From positions 17,068 to 81,067 of the forward strand of contig JADBKE010000019.1 in NCBI GenBank assembly GCA_014896535.1: a DNA stretch of 64,000 nucleotides. Reading direction: 5' to 3'. This DNA comes from Candidatus Fermentithermobacillaceae bacterium (GTDB taxonomy: Bacteria; Bacillota; Sulfobacillia; Fermentithermobacillales; DUSS01). The notes under the pieces were generated by a model, which saw nothing but the letters and a program-made list of their open reading frames with translations, ran no database searches and was not told the DNA's origin. This document shows, in pieces, positions 10,078-20,432 of this stretch (positions are counted from its first letter, which is position 1; every line of letters begins with the position of its first letter). Position numbers and translations under genes: made by a program.

Positions 10078-11343
10078 GTGGGGGTGGGCAGGTTGAGTCG
10101 TACAGACGAAGACATCGTCCGCGAAACCGGGCGGCAGATGGAATTGCTTTGCCGGGGTACCCTGGAGGTTGTGACTAAAGAGGAGCTTTCCGCCAAGATT
10201 CGCCGGTCGCTCGCAGAGGGAAAGCCGCTCAAAGTCAAACTCGGGGTGGACCCCAGCGCTCCTGACCTTCACCTGGGCCACGTCGTCGTCATGAGAAAGC
10301 TCAGGGAGTTTCAGGAGTGCGGTCACGAGATTTACTTCGTAATCGGCGATTTCACCGGGATGATCGGAGACCCGTCCGGCCGGTCGGAGACCCGGCCCCA
10401 ACTGTCCCGGGAGCAAGTGCAAGCTAACGCCGAAACATATCGCAGACAAGCGTCGCTGATTTTGGATCCCGAGAAGACCCACACGGTTTTCAACTCTCAG
10501 TGGTTATCCAAACTTGACTTTTACCAGGTAATACACCTGGCTTCCAAATTCACGGTAGCACGCATGCTGGAGAGGGATGACTTCCAGAAAAGATACGCCC
10601 AGGGACATCCCATAGCCATTCACGAGTTTCTGTACTCCCTGGCCCAAGCCTATGATTCGGTGGCCCTGGGGGCCGACGTGGAGCTCGGCGGTTCTGACCA
10701 GACCTTTAACCTTCTGGTGGGGCGCCACATACAAAGGGAGTACGGACAGGAGCCGCAGGTGAATATGACGATGCCGCTTCTCGTGGGCCTCGACGGGCGC
10801 AACAAGATGTCCAAGAGCCTCGGCAATTACGTCGGGGTTACGGATAGTCCCGGCGAAATGTTCGGAAAGATCATGTCGTTGCCCGACTCCCTGATGAAAG
10901 ATTACTTTGTGCTTGTCCTGGGGGACGACCCCAGCGCCGTCGATGCAATAATGCGTGACATTGCCGCGGGTAAGTCCCACCCCATGGATGTCAAACTGAC
11001 GCTCGCCCGAAGGATCGTAGCGATGTTTTACGGTTCGTCGCAGGCATCCTGGGCCGAAAGGGAGTTCCTCAGAGTGTTCAGGGAAAAGGAACTCCCCAGC
11101 GAGATCAGTGTGGTGACGCCCCGGGAACTCAAACCCGGAGAAAGCGTGGGAGTGGCCCGGCTCCTGGTTTTGCTGGGGCTTGTGCCCTCTTCCAGCGAAG
11201 GGCGCCGGCTGATCGCCCAGGGAGGCGTTAGGATCGACGGAGAGACGGTGGCTTCCGAGTCCGACTTCGTCTCGGTGAGAGAGGGCATGCTCGTCCAGGT
11301 CGGCAAGAGAAAAGCTTGCCGGGTGAGTTTCAACCGGTCATAG
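10078..11343 (+). CDS. tyrS: Tyrosyl-tRNA synthetase
   Basis: [26 protein letters not shown]-terminal S4-like domain. Confidence 0.97.
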   Translation: MGVGRLSRTDEDIVRETGRQMELLCRGTLEVVTKEELSAKIRRSLAEGKPLKVKLGVDPSAPDLHLGHVVVMRKLREFQECGHEIYFVIGDFTGMIGDPSGRSETRPQLSREQVQANAETYRRQASLILDPEKTHTVFNSQWLSKLDFYQVIHLASKFTVARMLERDDFQKRYAQGHPIAIHEFLYSLAQAYDSVALGADVELGGSDQTFNLLVGRHIQREYGQEPQVNMTMPLLVGLDGRNKMSKSLGNYVGVTDSPGEMFGKIMSLPDSLMKDYFVLVLGDDPSAVDAIMRDIAAGKSHPMDVKLTLARRIVAMFYGSSQASWAEREFLRVFREKELPSEISVVTPRELKPGESVGVARLLVLLGLVPSSSEGRRLIAQGGVRIDGETVASESDFVSVREGMLVQVGKRKACRVSFNRS

Positions 11344-11471
11344 GACTGCGCGCTGCCAAAAAGAGGCCTCCACGGCGGATGTCCCGACGCACCGGCGTCG
11401 GGTGCCGGAGCACGTCTGAAGTCACGGGCGAATAAATATGAAAAGCCCGGTCCCCAAAGGAGTCGTGCTCT

Positions 11472-12146
11472 GTGTTCCGCCGGCGCTTCGTAAGACGACG
11501 ATCGCCTCAAAGAGGCGTTTTCTGGCTGCTTGCGTTTGTCGCAGCGGCCGTCTTCGCCTTTGCGTTCGTGGAACGCTCGGTGGTTCCCACTCTTGTAGCG
11601 CTGGCCGAATCGGAGGCTTCCGGCGCCGCAAACCGGCTTATCGTTGATACGGTCCGGAGCGAGGTACTGCCGTTCCTCCAGGATAAGCATCTCGTCGAGT
11701 TTGTGACCGGCCCGTCGGGGGAGATCGTATTTGTCAGGGTGAATACTGCGTACCTCGGCGAGGTGGAAGCTATATCCCTTCGAGCGCTTCAAGACGGGCT
11801 GGCCAGAGTCGGGGCCTTCAAAGTGTACGTGCCGCTGGGTCAGTTGGTTGGATCGCGGATACTTGCCGCATCCGGACCGAAAGTCCCCGTGACGCTCATC
11901 CCCGCCGGGGTAGTCAGCACGAAGATCGCTGACAGCTTTGAGGTGGCTGGGATAAACCAGACGAAGTATACGCTTTTCCTCACGGCGAAAGTCTCGATTA
12001 AGGTGGTCATACCGTTGGTGTCCTCTTCTACGGTCGTCTCCGCGGAGGTTCCGCTTGCGACCGTGCTCATCCCCGGGAAAGTTCCCGACACATACTTGTC
12101 CTTGCCATCGCCGGCAAACCCGTCGTCGCAGGGCCAGGGGAAGTGA
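11472..12146 (+). CDS. yunB: Sporulation protein YunB
   Basis: VPLGQLVGS...GPKVPV, FEVAGINQT, VLIPGKVPDTY. Confidence 0.85.
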   Translation: MFRRRFVRRRSPQRGVFWLLAFVAAAVFAFAFVERSVVPTLVALAESEASGAANRLIVDTVRSEVLPFLQDKHLVEFVTGPSGEIVFVRVNTAYLGEVEAISLRALQDGLARVGAFKVYVPLGQLVGSRILAASGPKVPVTLIPAGVVSTKIADSFEVAGINQTKYTLFLTAKVSIKVVIPLVSSSTVVSAEVPLATVLIPGKVPDTYLSLPSPANPSSQGQGK

Positions 12147-12326
12147 CGCCCGGGTTTCAGGACAAACTCTTGTTGAAGCTCGCCTGTCCGCGGCGTATTC
12201 TCTTTCTGGGAATTAGTCTTTGCCTGCGGGAGATATCTGTGCCTGGCGGACCGCCTGAAAAATCGAAAATCCCCAGACGCGGGGTCCGAGGAGTGGGCCG
12301 ACCCAGGACGGGGCTTCCCCTGGGCA

Positions 12327-13109
12327 ATGGAGGGGTCTCTCGTGGATGCCGCAAAAAAGGCGAGCGAGATTGTGGAATGGATGAGGGAGGCCGGAAGTAG
12401 AGCGGGGACGGACGGTGCCGTGGTGGGAGTCTCCGGTGGTGTGGACTCGGCGGTAACCTTGATGTTGTCCTGCCGCGCGTGGCCCGGAAAGACTCTGGGA
12501 CTGGTCCTACCCTGTCATTCCGACCCCAAGGACGTGGAAGATGCCCTCAGGGTCATCCGGTTTGCCGGGTGCGAGTACAGGGTCATAGATCTTTCCCCTG
12601 CCTATGACCTCCTGGTGGCCTCCTTCGATGCGGCTGACCCGAGCGGGTTGGACCTGTGGGACAGAGCTTCTTTGGATCGGCAGAAACTTGCCCGGGCGAA
12701 CCTCAAGCCAAGGCTCAGGATGCTCACCCTCTACTACCACGCAAACGCCTTGAACAGGCTGGTCGTGGGAACCGGAAACCGTTCTGAGATTTACGTGGGC
12801 TACTTTACCAAGTACGGTGATGGAGGAGTCGACATCCTGCCCCTCGGTGATCTGGTGAAACGGGAAGTCAAGGATATGGCGAGGTATTTCGGCCTACCTG
12901 AAGACATAGTCGAACGGGTTCCTTCGGCGGGACTGTGGCCCGACCAGACCGACGAAGGAGAGATGGGCGTTGAATACAGGCATCTCGACGGCTACCTCAG
13001 GGGCGAACCGGTGCCTCCCGAAGTTGTAAGAAAGGTCGAGGAGATGCACCAGAGGAGCGCTCACAAGAGACAAATGCCTGCAACGCCCGGTTGCGGTCGA
13101 GGAGGATGA
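12327..13109 (+). CDS. nadE: NH3-dependent NAD+ synthetase
   Basis: GVSGGVDS, NLKPRLRM, GTGNRSE, GYFTKYGDG, PSAGLWPDQTDE. Confidence 0.96.
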   Translation: MEGSLVDAAKKASEIVEWMREAGSRAGTDGAVVGVSGGVDSAVTLMLSCRAWPGKTLGLVLPCHSDPKDVEDALRVIRFAGCEYRVIDLSPAYDLLVASFDAADPSGLDLWDRASLDRQKLARANLKPRLRMLTLYYHANALNRLVVGTGNRSEIYVGYFTKYGDGGVDILPLGDLVKREVKDMARYFGLPEDIVERVPSAGLWPDQTDEGEMGVEYRHLDGYLRGEPVPPEVVRKVEEMHQRSAHKRQMPATPGCGRGG

Positions 13110-13112
13110 CCC

Positions 13113-13883
13113 ATGTCAGGACATTCCAAGTGGGCTAACATCAAAAGGCACAAGGCAAAGATGGATGCGCTCAGGTCCAATATCATATCCAAAGCCCTCA
13201 GGGAGATCATGCTGGCTGCAAGACAGGGAGGAGGCAATCCCGAGGCCAACCTCCGGCTGAGGGTTGCCATCGAGAGAGCCAGAGAAGCTAATGTCTCGAT
13301 GGATAGCATAACCAGGGCTATAAAGCGGGGAACCGGTGAACTCGAAGGCGGAAACCTGGAGGAAGTTACCTACGAAGGTTACGGTCCCGGTGGCACGGCC
13401 GTTCTCGTGGAGGCCGCCACGGACAACCGGAACAGGACCACCTCGGATTTGAGATACATCTTCTCTAAGCACGGTGGGAAACTTGGAGAAGTCGGCTCGG
13501 TGGCGTGGATGTTTCAGCCGAGAGGCTATATTTCTCTGGAAAAAACCGGGTTGTCCGAAGACGAGGCCCTGTCCTTAGCCATTGACGCTGGCGCTTTGGA
13601 TTTCAAAGTGGAAAAGGAATGCTTCGAGGTGTACACCGAGCCAGCGGACCTCATAAAAGTGAAGGAATCTCTGGAAAAGGCCGGGGCGAAGGTGATCACC
13701 GCCGAGGTGACCATGGTGCCGCAGACCACCGTGTTTCTTACGGGTGAGGACGCCCAGCGAATGCTCAAGTTGATGGACGCTCTGGAGGAACACGACGACG
13801 TTTCCAAGGTATACGTCAACTTCGATATACCCGAAGAAGAGATGGAAAAGAGTCTGCTCGAGAGCGCAAAGGGCGACGAATGA
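13113..13883 (+). CDS. yebC: YebC/PmpR family protein
   Basis: MSGHSKWANIK, YEGYGPGG, TDNRNRT; upstream of ruv genes. Confidence 0.97.
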   Translation: MSGHSKWANIKRHKAKMDALRSNIISKALREIMLAARQGGGNPEANLRLRVAIERAREANVSMDSITRAIKRGTGELEGGNLEEVTYEGYGPGGTAVLVEAATDNRNRTTSDLRYIFSKHGGKLGEVGSVAWMFQPRGYISLEKTGLSEDEALSLAIDAGALDFKVEKECFEVYTEPADLIKVKESLEKAGAKVITAEVTMVPQTTVFLTGEDAQRMLKLMDALEEHDDVSKVYVNFDIPEEEMEKSLLESAKGDE

Positions 13884-13980
13884 TTGAATAGCACCCCCCT
13901 CTCCGTGGGAAGATAGATCGTCCACAAGGAGCGTTTACGCTATCGGAGTGGACAAGGATGCCCGAGGGGAGGAGGGGACT

Positions 13981-14526
13981 GTGAAACGGTTTCGTCCCGA
14001 CGCGTGGTGGAAGGCCATCGGCGTCCTGGCGCTCGTGACGGCTGTCCTTGCCGGGATAACCTGTTATGCCCTCGTGTCAAGGCGAAGGCCCCAAGCGGGG
14101 GAAGGCGCTTCTCCTGAAGGGCCGGTCCGGGCGGTCTTCGAAACCCGCTATTTGCTCTGCGGTTGCGTTGCGGTGGAGGAACGGGAACTGGAAGGGGGCA
14201 AGATCGACGTGTCGTCCCCTTCCGGCACCCCCGCGTGGCAGCTTGCCAGCGCACGCGAGGGGCGACCGTGCTTTTTCCGCGTGGTCGACGATTATTGCCC
14301 GGAACACTCCCGCTTCCGGCTGATAACCCTCAAGGACGGCGTGGTGGCCGTGTACAGGGGGAAGAGGGTCGTCGGGGGTTTTCTTCTCAAAACGTACCCT
14401 GAACTTCAAGAGCGCCTGATGACTTCCGATACCAGGCAGGTTCTCACAACGGGGGTTCTGGTGGAGGGTGACCCGCGCGAAGTGGACCAGACCGTCAAAC
14501 TGTACCTTGAAGGGATCATCGACTGA
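13981..14526 (+). CDS. BofC-like protein (C-terminal domain)
   Basis: N-terminal TM helix; LITLKDGVVAVYRG resembles the BofC C-domain; position before ruv genes as in other sporeformers. Confidence 0.55.
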   Translation: MKRFRPDAWWKAIGVLALVTAVLAGITCYALVSRRRPQAGEGASPEGPVRAVFETRYLLCGCVAVEERELEGGKIDVSSPSGTPAWQLASAREGRPCFFRVVDDYCPEHSRFRLITLKDGVVAVYRGKRVVGGFLLKTYPELQERLMTSDTRQVLTTGVLVEGDPREVDQTVKLYLEGIID

Positions 14527-14712
14527 CATTGAAACGATGACCAAAGGCCGTTCAACAAGTTACTGTTCGCTGGCCTGGTGGCTCGAAGGCGAGGTAGCGG
14601 ATCCGAGCCCGGGCTGACCGAGCCAGCTCGGTGCACTTGCCCGGGAATACCGAGCGCACCGGCGGAAATCTCGAAGGAAGTGCGGCGGATTCTGTCGAAG
14701 CCCTTCGGGGTG

Positions 14713-15225
14713 ATGCTGGTGAGAATATTGGGCATCGACCCGGGTACCGAGAGGACCGGGTACGGCGTGATAGAGGTTTCCGGTCAGTCTCTGACGTGCC
14801 TGGACTACGGGTGTATCATAACGGATAAAGGCATTTCCCTGCCTGAGAAGCTCCTTTCCATTCACGAGAGGGCCACGGGCGTAGTCGCAAAGTGGAGTCC
14901 TGACATCATGGCCGTCGAGCAAGTGTTTTTCTCCCACAACGCGAGGACGGCGTTTCAGGTGGGTCAAGCCAGAGGTGTCATCCTTCTGGTGGCGGCCGCC
15001 TTCGGGATGGAGCTGGATGAGCTCAGCCCCGTCGAGGTGAAATCCGCCGTGGTCGGTTACGGAAACGCTTCCAAAGAGCAGGTTAAGGCTATGACCCGGG
15101 TGATCCTGGGTCTTGACCGCGTGCCGGAGCCGGACGATGCCGCTGATGCGCTTGCGTGCGCCATCGCTTCTTCCGTAAAGAGGACCTTTAAAGCCCATCT
15201 CGAAAGGGTTGAAGACCGAGTATGA
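14713..15225 (+). CDS. ruvC: Holliday junction resolvase
   Basis: ILGIDPG, AVEQVFF, VKSAVVGYGNASKEQV, DDAADALA. Confidence 0.96.
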   Translation: MLVRILGIDPGTERTGYGVIEVSGQSLTCLDYGCIITDKGISLPEKLLSIHERATGVVAKWSPDIMAVEQVFFSHNARTAFQVGQARGVILLVAAAFGMELDELSPVEVKSAVVGYGNASKEQVKAMTRVILGLDRVPEPDDAADALACAIASSVKRTFKAHLERVEDRV

Positions 15226-15247
15226 TAAGGGAAGAAGGCTGATCCGA

Positions 15248-15844
15248 TTGATATCCGAGCTCCGAGGTACCGTTCTTGCCTGCCGGGGATCGAAAATCGT
15301 CCTCGACGTGAACGGAGTCGGGTTCGAGGTTAACGTGGGCCCCGACCGGGCCAGTGCCTACCGCCCCGGGCAGGAAGCACGCGTGTTTACCCGGCTCATT
15401 TTCCGCGAGGACGGGCTTTATCTTTACGGCTTTCAAGCTGAGGAAGAGAGGGCGGTATTCGATCTCCTCCTCACCGTTCGGGGCATAGGCCCGAAGCAAG
15501 CTTTGGCTCTAGCAGCTTTTCTTGAACCATCCGACTTTTACAGGGCGGTGCTTTCCCAGGACGATGCCACCCTCGCGAAGTGCCCGGGGGTGGGGAGGAA
15601 AACCGCTTCCCGAATCTTGGTGGAACTCAGGGACAAAATCGGGTTGGCTGCTGAGGAAAGATGTGGTTCCCGGACGAGCAAACCGGCGAATGTGTGGGAA
15701 GATGCGCTGGAGGGCCTGGTAGCTTTGGGCTATACTCAAGAAGAGGTTCGTCCGATACTGGATGAGGTCAAGCGGGAGGGCGTGGCTTCAGACCTGGAAA
15801 CCATCCTGAGGGAGGCGCTGAAGAGGATTGCCAGGCGACGGTAA
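15248..15844 (+). CDS. ruvA: Holliday junction branch migration protein A
   Basis: [33 protein letters not shown]. Confidence 0.95.
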   Translation: MISELRGTVLACRGSKIVLDVNGVGFEVNVGPDRASAYRPGQEARVFTRLIFREDGLYLYGFQAEEERAVFDLLLTVRGIGPKQALALAAFLEPSDFYRAVLSQDDATLAKCPGVGRKTASRILVELRDKIGLAAEERCGSRTSKPANVWEDALEGLVALGYTQEEVRPILDEVKREGVASDLETILREALKRIARRR

Positions 15845-16880
15845 GAGATCTCTCGACGAAAGGATAACTTCAGCTCAAAAACTCCCCGGGGACGAGGGTT
15901 TTGAAGAGTCGCTGAGGCCGTACTTTCTTTCCGAATACATCGGACAGGCCCGGGTCAAAGAAAACCTGGCCGTTTACATCGAAGCAGCTCGAATGCGCAA
16001 AGAACCCATGGACCACGTGCTGCTTTCAGGTCCGCCGGGCCTGGGAAAGACTACCCTAGCCCACGTCATCGCCAACGAACTTGGCGTGGGTATAAGGGTC
16101 ACTTCGGGGCCGGCTATAGAGCGGGCGGGGGATCTCGTGGCCATCCTGACGTCCCTCGAGGACAGGGACATACTCTTCATCGACGAGATCCACCGGCTGA
16201 ACAGAACCTGCGAAGAAGCTCTGTATCCCGCCATGGAGGACTTCGTTTTCGACTGGGTTTCCGGGAAAGGGCCCTCTGCCCGAACGTACAGGATAAAAAT
16301 ACCCAGGTTCACCCTGGTGGGGGCCACCACCAGACAGGGTCTCCTCACCTCGCCTTTGAGAGACAGATTCGGGATAAACCTGAGGCTTGAGTACTACAGC
16401 TGCGACGAATTGCTGCAGGTGGTGTTGCGTTCGTCGAGGATCTTGAAGATTCCCGTGGACGAAGAAGGTGCGCGTGAGATAGCTTCGAGATCTCGGGGTA
16501 CTCCCAGGGTGGCAAACCGGCTCCTGAGGAGAGTCAGGGATTATGCGGAAGTGAGAAAAGACGGCAGGATCACCAGAGAGGTAGCGCGAGAAGCTCTGGA
16601 CTTGCTGGAGATCGATGAGGCGGGGCTGGATAAGCTCGACCAGGAGATACTTCGAACCATAGCATACAAGTACGGAGGCGGTCCGGTGGGGCTCGCCACC
16701 GTCGCGGCTGCTCTTTCAGAAGATCCCGAAACCATCGAATACGTGTATGAACCGTACCTCCTCCAGTTGGGGTTTCTGGAGCGAACGGCCAGAGGGCGAG
16801 TCATCACGCCGCTCGGCCTGAAACATCTGGGTTCGAACCCGGCCCGACCCGCTCAGGGGGGGTTGTTCCCCCAGGCATGA
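15828..16880 (+). CDS. ruvB: Holliday junction branch migration ATPase
   Basis: [27 protein letters not shown]. Confidence 0.97.
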   Translation: MPGDGKRSLDERITSAQKLPGDEGFEESLRPYFLSEYIGQARVKENLAVYIEAARMRKEPMDHVLLSGPPGLGKTTLAHVIANELGVGIRVTSGPAIERAGDLVAILTSLEDRDILFIDEIHRLNRTCEEALYPAMEDFVFDWVSGKGPSARTYRIKIPRFTLVGATTRQGLLTSPLRDRFGINLRLEYYSCDELLQVVLRSSRILKIPVDEEGAREIASRSRGTPRVANRLLRRVRDYAEVRKDGRITREVAREALDLLEIDEAGLDKLDQEILRTIAYKYGGGPVGLATVAAALSEDPETIEYVYEPYLLQLGFLERTARGRVITPLGLKHLGSNPARPAQGGLFPQA

Positions 16881-17428
16881 GAGTGCTTCTTCACACGTGT
16901 TGCGGACCATGCGCGATTTTCCCGGCGTCGCTGCTGGAAGCCGAGGGTTTCTCGGTGACTTTGTTTTTCTACAATCCGAACGTGTTTCCCGTGGAGGAAA
17001 AGGTTAGGCGCTGGGATGCTCTGGCATCGCTGGCGAAAGAAGAGGGATGGAGCGTCGTGTATGACGACGCACCTTACGAAGATTACGAGTCGCGCGTTGC
17101 TACGCCGGAAAAGCCCCGGCGTTGCCAGGAGTGCTATTTGATGAGGCTGGAGAAGACGGCTCGGACCGCCGTTGATGGCGGGTATGATGCCTTTTCCACC
17201 ACGCTGCTGGTGAGCCCGTACCAGAGACACGAAGATGTTCGCCGGACCGGCGAGCTTCTGGCGAGCAGATTCGGAGTCTCGTTTATGTACAGGGATTTCC
17301 GGGTAGGTTACCGGCGAGGACGAAACGCCGCCAGAGGAAAACACATATACATGCAGAATTACTGCGGATGCGCGCGAAGCATGGGAGAGCGCGCCGCGAT
17401 GGGCGCGCCTTCCCGGACTTCTCTGTGA
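16877..17428 (+). CDS. queH: Epoxyqueuosine reductase QueH (DUF208)
   Basis: [25 protein letters not shown]; next to queA/tgt. Confidence 0.9.
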   Translation: MRVLLHTCCGPCAIFPASLLEAEGFSVTLFFYNPNVFPVEEKVRRWDALASLAKEEGWSVVYDDAPYEDYESRVATPEKPRRCQECYLMRLEKTARTAVDGGYDAFSTTLLVSPYQRHEDVRRTGELLASRFGVSFMYRDFRVGYRRGRNAARGKHIYMQNYCGCARSMGERAAMGAPSRTSL

Positions 17429-17435
17429 GAGAGGG

Positions 17436-17669
17436 GTGCACATGCTGGGGTTCTCGGATTTTGGCCGGATTCTGATGGTATTCGGGGTACTCCTGCTGGT
17501 ATTCGGTGCGTTTTTGACTTTCAGCAGCAGGTTCTTCTCCCTCGGTCGCCTGCCGGGAGACATCTTGATACGGCGGGGAAACTTCACCTTCTATTTTCCC
17601 CTGGCCACTTCGTTGCTCTTGAGCGTGGTTTTGTCGTTGGTCTTGTGGCTGGCGGCACGGGGGAGGTAA
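17436..17669 (+). CDS. DUF2905 small membrane protein
   Basis: LGRLPGDI...NFTFYFPLATS. Confidence 0.88.
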   Translation: MHMLGFSDFGRILMVFGVLLLVFGAFLTFSSRFFSLGRLPGDILIRRGNFTFYFPLATSLLLSVVLSLVLWLAARGR

Positions 17670-17678
17670 AGGCCTGGA

Positions 17679-18707
17679 GTGCGCGTAGACGAATTCGACT
17701 ACGAGCTGCCCCCCGAACTCATAGCTCAAGAGCCTCTGGAGCGCAGGGATGAATCGCGTCTCCTGGTTTTAAACAGGGCCACCGGCGAGGTGACGCACAG
17801 GGTATTCCGGGATGTGCTGGACTATTTGTATCCCCAGGATGCCCTGGTCATCAACGAAACCAGGGTGATCCCGGCGAGGCTCTTGGGAAGGAGGTCTTCG
17901 GGCGGGAAGACCGAGGTACTTCTCCTGAAGGACCTGGGGGACGACAGATGGGAATGTCTCGTTCGTCCCGGCCGGAAGGTGCGGCCCGGTGACCACATAA
18001 TTGTAGAGAAAAACGGCTGCCGCATGGAAGGAGAGGTGCTCGCCCGGACCTCGTACGGAGGAAGGATAATTAAATGGAGCTACCGGGGCGACTTCCGAGA
18101 AAACCTTGAAACTCTGGGCACCGTTCCCCTCCCGCCGTATGTGAGAAAACCCGTTCGAGACCCCGAACGTTACCAGACCGTTTACGCCAGGATTCCGGGA
18201 TCCGTCGCCGCACCCACCGCGGGTCTTCACTTCACCCCGGAACTGTTGAGCCAAGTCCAGTCGAAAGGGGTCCATGTGGTGAGAATTCGTCTCGACGTCG
18301 GCCTGGGCACTTTCCGGCCTGTCAGAGAAAGCGAAGTAGAAAAACACGTAATGCACGAAGAGTATTTTCAGATCGGCGAAGAGGCTGCGGAGACGATTAA
18401 CCGGGTGAGGGAAAGCGGCGGGAAAATCATCGCCGTCGGCACGACGGTGGTGAGAGCTTTGGAGTCGGCGGCTTCTTCCGATGGGAAAGTGGAGCCGAAG
18501 GCGGAGGAAACGCGTCTTTACATTTACCCCGGGTACGAATTCAAGGTGGTGGACCGTCTCATCACCAATTTTCACCTGCCCCGTTCGACCCTTCTCATGC
18601 TGGTTTGTGCTTTCGCGGGGAAGGATCTCGTCCTGAGGGCTTACAGAGAGGCCGTTAAGGAGAGATATAGGTTCTATTCTTTCGGTGATGCCATGCTGAT
18701 CCTGTGA
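17679..18707 (+). CDS. queA: S-adenosylmethionine:tRNA ribosyltransferase-isomerase
   Basis: FDYELPPELIAQ, PLPPY, AAPTAGLHF, TNFHLP, YSFGDAM. Confidence 0.97.
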   Translation: MRVDEFDYELPPELIAQEPLERRDESRLLVLNRATGEVTHRVFRDVLDYLYPQDALVINETRVIPARLLGRRSSGGKTEVLLLKDLGDDRWECLVRPGRKVRPGDHIIVEKNGCRMEGEVLARTSYGGRIIKWSYRGDFRENLETLGTVPLPPYVRKPVRDPERYQTVYARIPGSVAAPTAGLHFTPELLSQVQSKGVHVVRIRLDVGLGTFRPVRESEVEKHVMHEEYFQIGEEAAETINRVRESGGKIIAVGTTVVRALESAASSDGKVEPKAEETRLYIYPGYEFKVVDRLITNFHLPRSTLLMLVCAFAGKDLVLRAYREAVKERYRFYSFGDAMLIL

Positions 18708-19858
18708 GGACAGGTTCTCAAGTGAGCAAATTCGCGTTTACCGTCGAAACCAAAAGCGGTCCGGCCAGGACCGGCCGGCTTTACACCGCGCACGGGCAGA
18801 TTGAGACACCGGTCTTTATGCCGGTGGGGACCAAGGCGACCGTGAAGTCCCTCACCCCAGACCAGGCCTGGGAGGCGGGAGCTAGGATTTTGCTGTCCAA
18901 TGCTTACCACCTCTATTTGAGGCCCGGGCCGGGGGTCATAGAAGCTCTGGGAGGACTTCACTCGTTCATGGGGTGGCCGGGGGCCATTCTCACCGACAGC
19001 GGTGGCTTTCAAATCATAAGTCTCGGGGGCCTCGTTGCGATAGAGGACGAAGCGGTGCGGTTCAGGTCTCACATAGACGGCAGCGTCGTCGTGTTCACGC
19101 CGGAGCAGAGCGTCAAAACCCAGGTGGCGTTGGGAGCGGACATCATCATGTGCCTGGACCAACCGGTCCAGTACCCGGCTACGAGAGAACAGGCAGAAGA
19201 AGCGGCCCGCCGAACCGTACTGTGGGCTCGGCGCTCGAGGGAAATTGCAGTTCCCGACCACCAGGCCCTGTTCGGGATAGTACAGGGGTCGGTATACACC
19301 GATTTGAGGGAGTGGTGTGCGCGAGAGCTTTGCCGGCTGGACTTCCCGGGTTATGCCCTGGGAGGGCTGTCCGTGGGGGAGCCCGCGGAAGAATTCTACC
19401 GGGTGATGAGGGAAACCGCCGCAATGCTCCCGGAGGACCGCCCGAGATATCTCATGGGGGTTGGCCATCCGCTCGACCTCGTGGAAGGCGCCGCAGCCGG
19501 GATAGATATGTTTGACTGCGTACTGCCGACGAGAAACGCAAGGCACGGCAGGGCGTACACTTTCGCCGGGTCCTTGAACCTCAAAAACACCGTCCACCGC
19601 AACGACTCGTCGCCGCTGGAGGAAGGTTGTCCGTGCTATACGTGCTCTAAATTCAGCCGGGGCTATATCCGGCACCTTTTGCAAGAGGACGAGGCGCTGG
19701 GCAGGACGCTTTTGACCATCCATAATCTCCGCTTCTTCTTTCGTTTGATGGAAAAGATCAGAAATGGGATACGGTCGGGTTGTATGGAATCCCTCAAGGA
19801 AGAGATTCGTCGGGTCTACCCGAGAAAAGGGTACGGAGAGACCGCGTCGAAGGATTAG
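18704..19858 (+). CDS. tgt: tRNA-guanine transglycosylase
   Basis: TPVFMPVGT, TDSGGFQ, GIVQG, DMFDCVLPTR, Zn site CPCYTC...HN. Confidence 0.97.
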   Translation: MRTGSQVSKFAFTVETKSGPARTGRLYTAHGQIETPVFMPVGTKATVKSLTPDQAWEAGARILLSNAYHLYLRPGPGVIEALGGLHSFMGWPGAILTDSGGFQIISLGGLVAIEDEAVRFRSHIDGSVVVFTPEQSVKTQVALGADIIMCLDQPVQYPATREQAEEAARRTVLWARRSREIAVPDHQALFGIVQGSVYTDLREWCARELCRLDFPGYALGGLSVGEPAEEFYRVMRETAAMLPEDRPRYLMGVGHPLDLVEGAAAGIDMFDCVLPTRNARHGRAYTFAGSLNLKNTVHRNDSSPLEEGCPCYTCSKFSRGYIRHLLQEDEALGRTLLTIHNLRFFFRLMEKIRNGIRSGCMESLKEEIRRVYPRKGYGETASKD

Positions 19859-19899
19859 GGAGTATACCGGCAAGACACTCATGGTAAGGAGGGAAAACC

Positions 19900-20178
19900 G
19901 TGGCGGAAACAACAACAACATCGTCGTATTATCTCCTGATCTGGCTTGGGATTTTCGTCGTGATGATGTACTTTTTGTCCATCCGTCCGCAGCAGCAGGA
20001 GCAACGCAGGCGCGCTGAGATGTTGAGGAACCTCCATCCCGGGGACAAGATTGTGAGCGAAGGCGGCCTTGTGGGCGTCATCACCAAGGTTGAGGACAAC
20101 GTGGTAAGAGTTCGGGTCGCCGAAAAGACCGAGGTAGAGATCTGGAAGACAAAGGTAGCTCGAGTGCTCAAGGAATAG
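19900..20178 (+). CDS. yajC: Preprotein translocase subunit YajC
   Basis: MYFLSIRPQQ, LHPGDKIVSEGGLVG; follows tgt. Confidence 0.93.
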   Translation: MAETTTTSSYYLLIWLGIFVVMMYFLSIRPQQQEQRRRAEMLRNLHPGDKIVSEGGLVGVITKVEDNVVRVRVAEKTEVEIWKTKVARVLKE

Positions 20179-20224
20179 GAGGACCCTGGGAAGGCAGTAA
20201 TTCCAAGTGCCGTAAGCGGTTTAA

Positions 20225-20397
20225 AATTGGACTTGGAAGATGATCCAATCCGGGCGCACGCCGCCCGGATTTCTTTTGCCCGGAGGAACCGTACGAACCA
20301 AGTGAGCACATGACAACGGGAATTTTTCGATGTTGGAATTGGACCAAAAGAGGAATTCAATTAGCCTCAAAGAATAGATCCATTGGTATAATTGGAT
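20225..20397 (+). promoter_or_regulatory. Repeated ATTGGA-N12-TCCAAT operator-like palindromes and extended -10 promoter upstream of the gntR gene
   Basis: ATTGGA-N12-TCCAAT at 20226-20249; AATTGGA-N12-TTCAATT at 20337-20362; TGgTATAAT at 20384-20392 flanked by further half-sites. Confidence 0.55.
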
Positions 20398-20432
20398 TGG
20401 CCTTTAGGGGGCGGCAAGGAGGTGAGAGGTCG

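Noticed and set aside
11383-11402. Hairpin after tyrS as a terminator
   Set aside because: 8-bp stem with no U-tract; not enough support.
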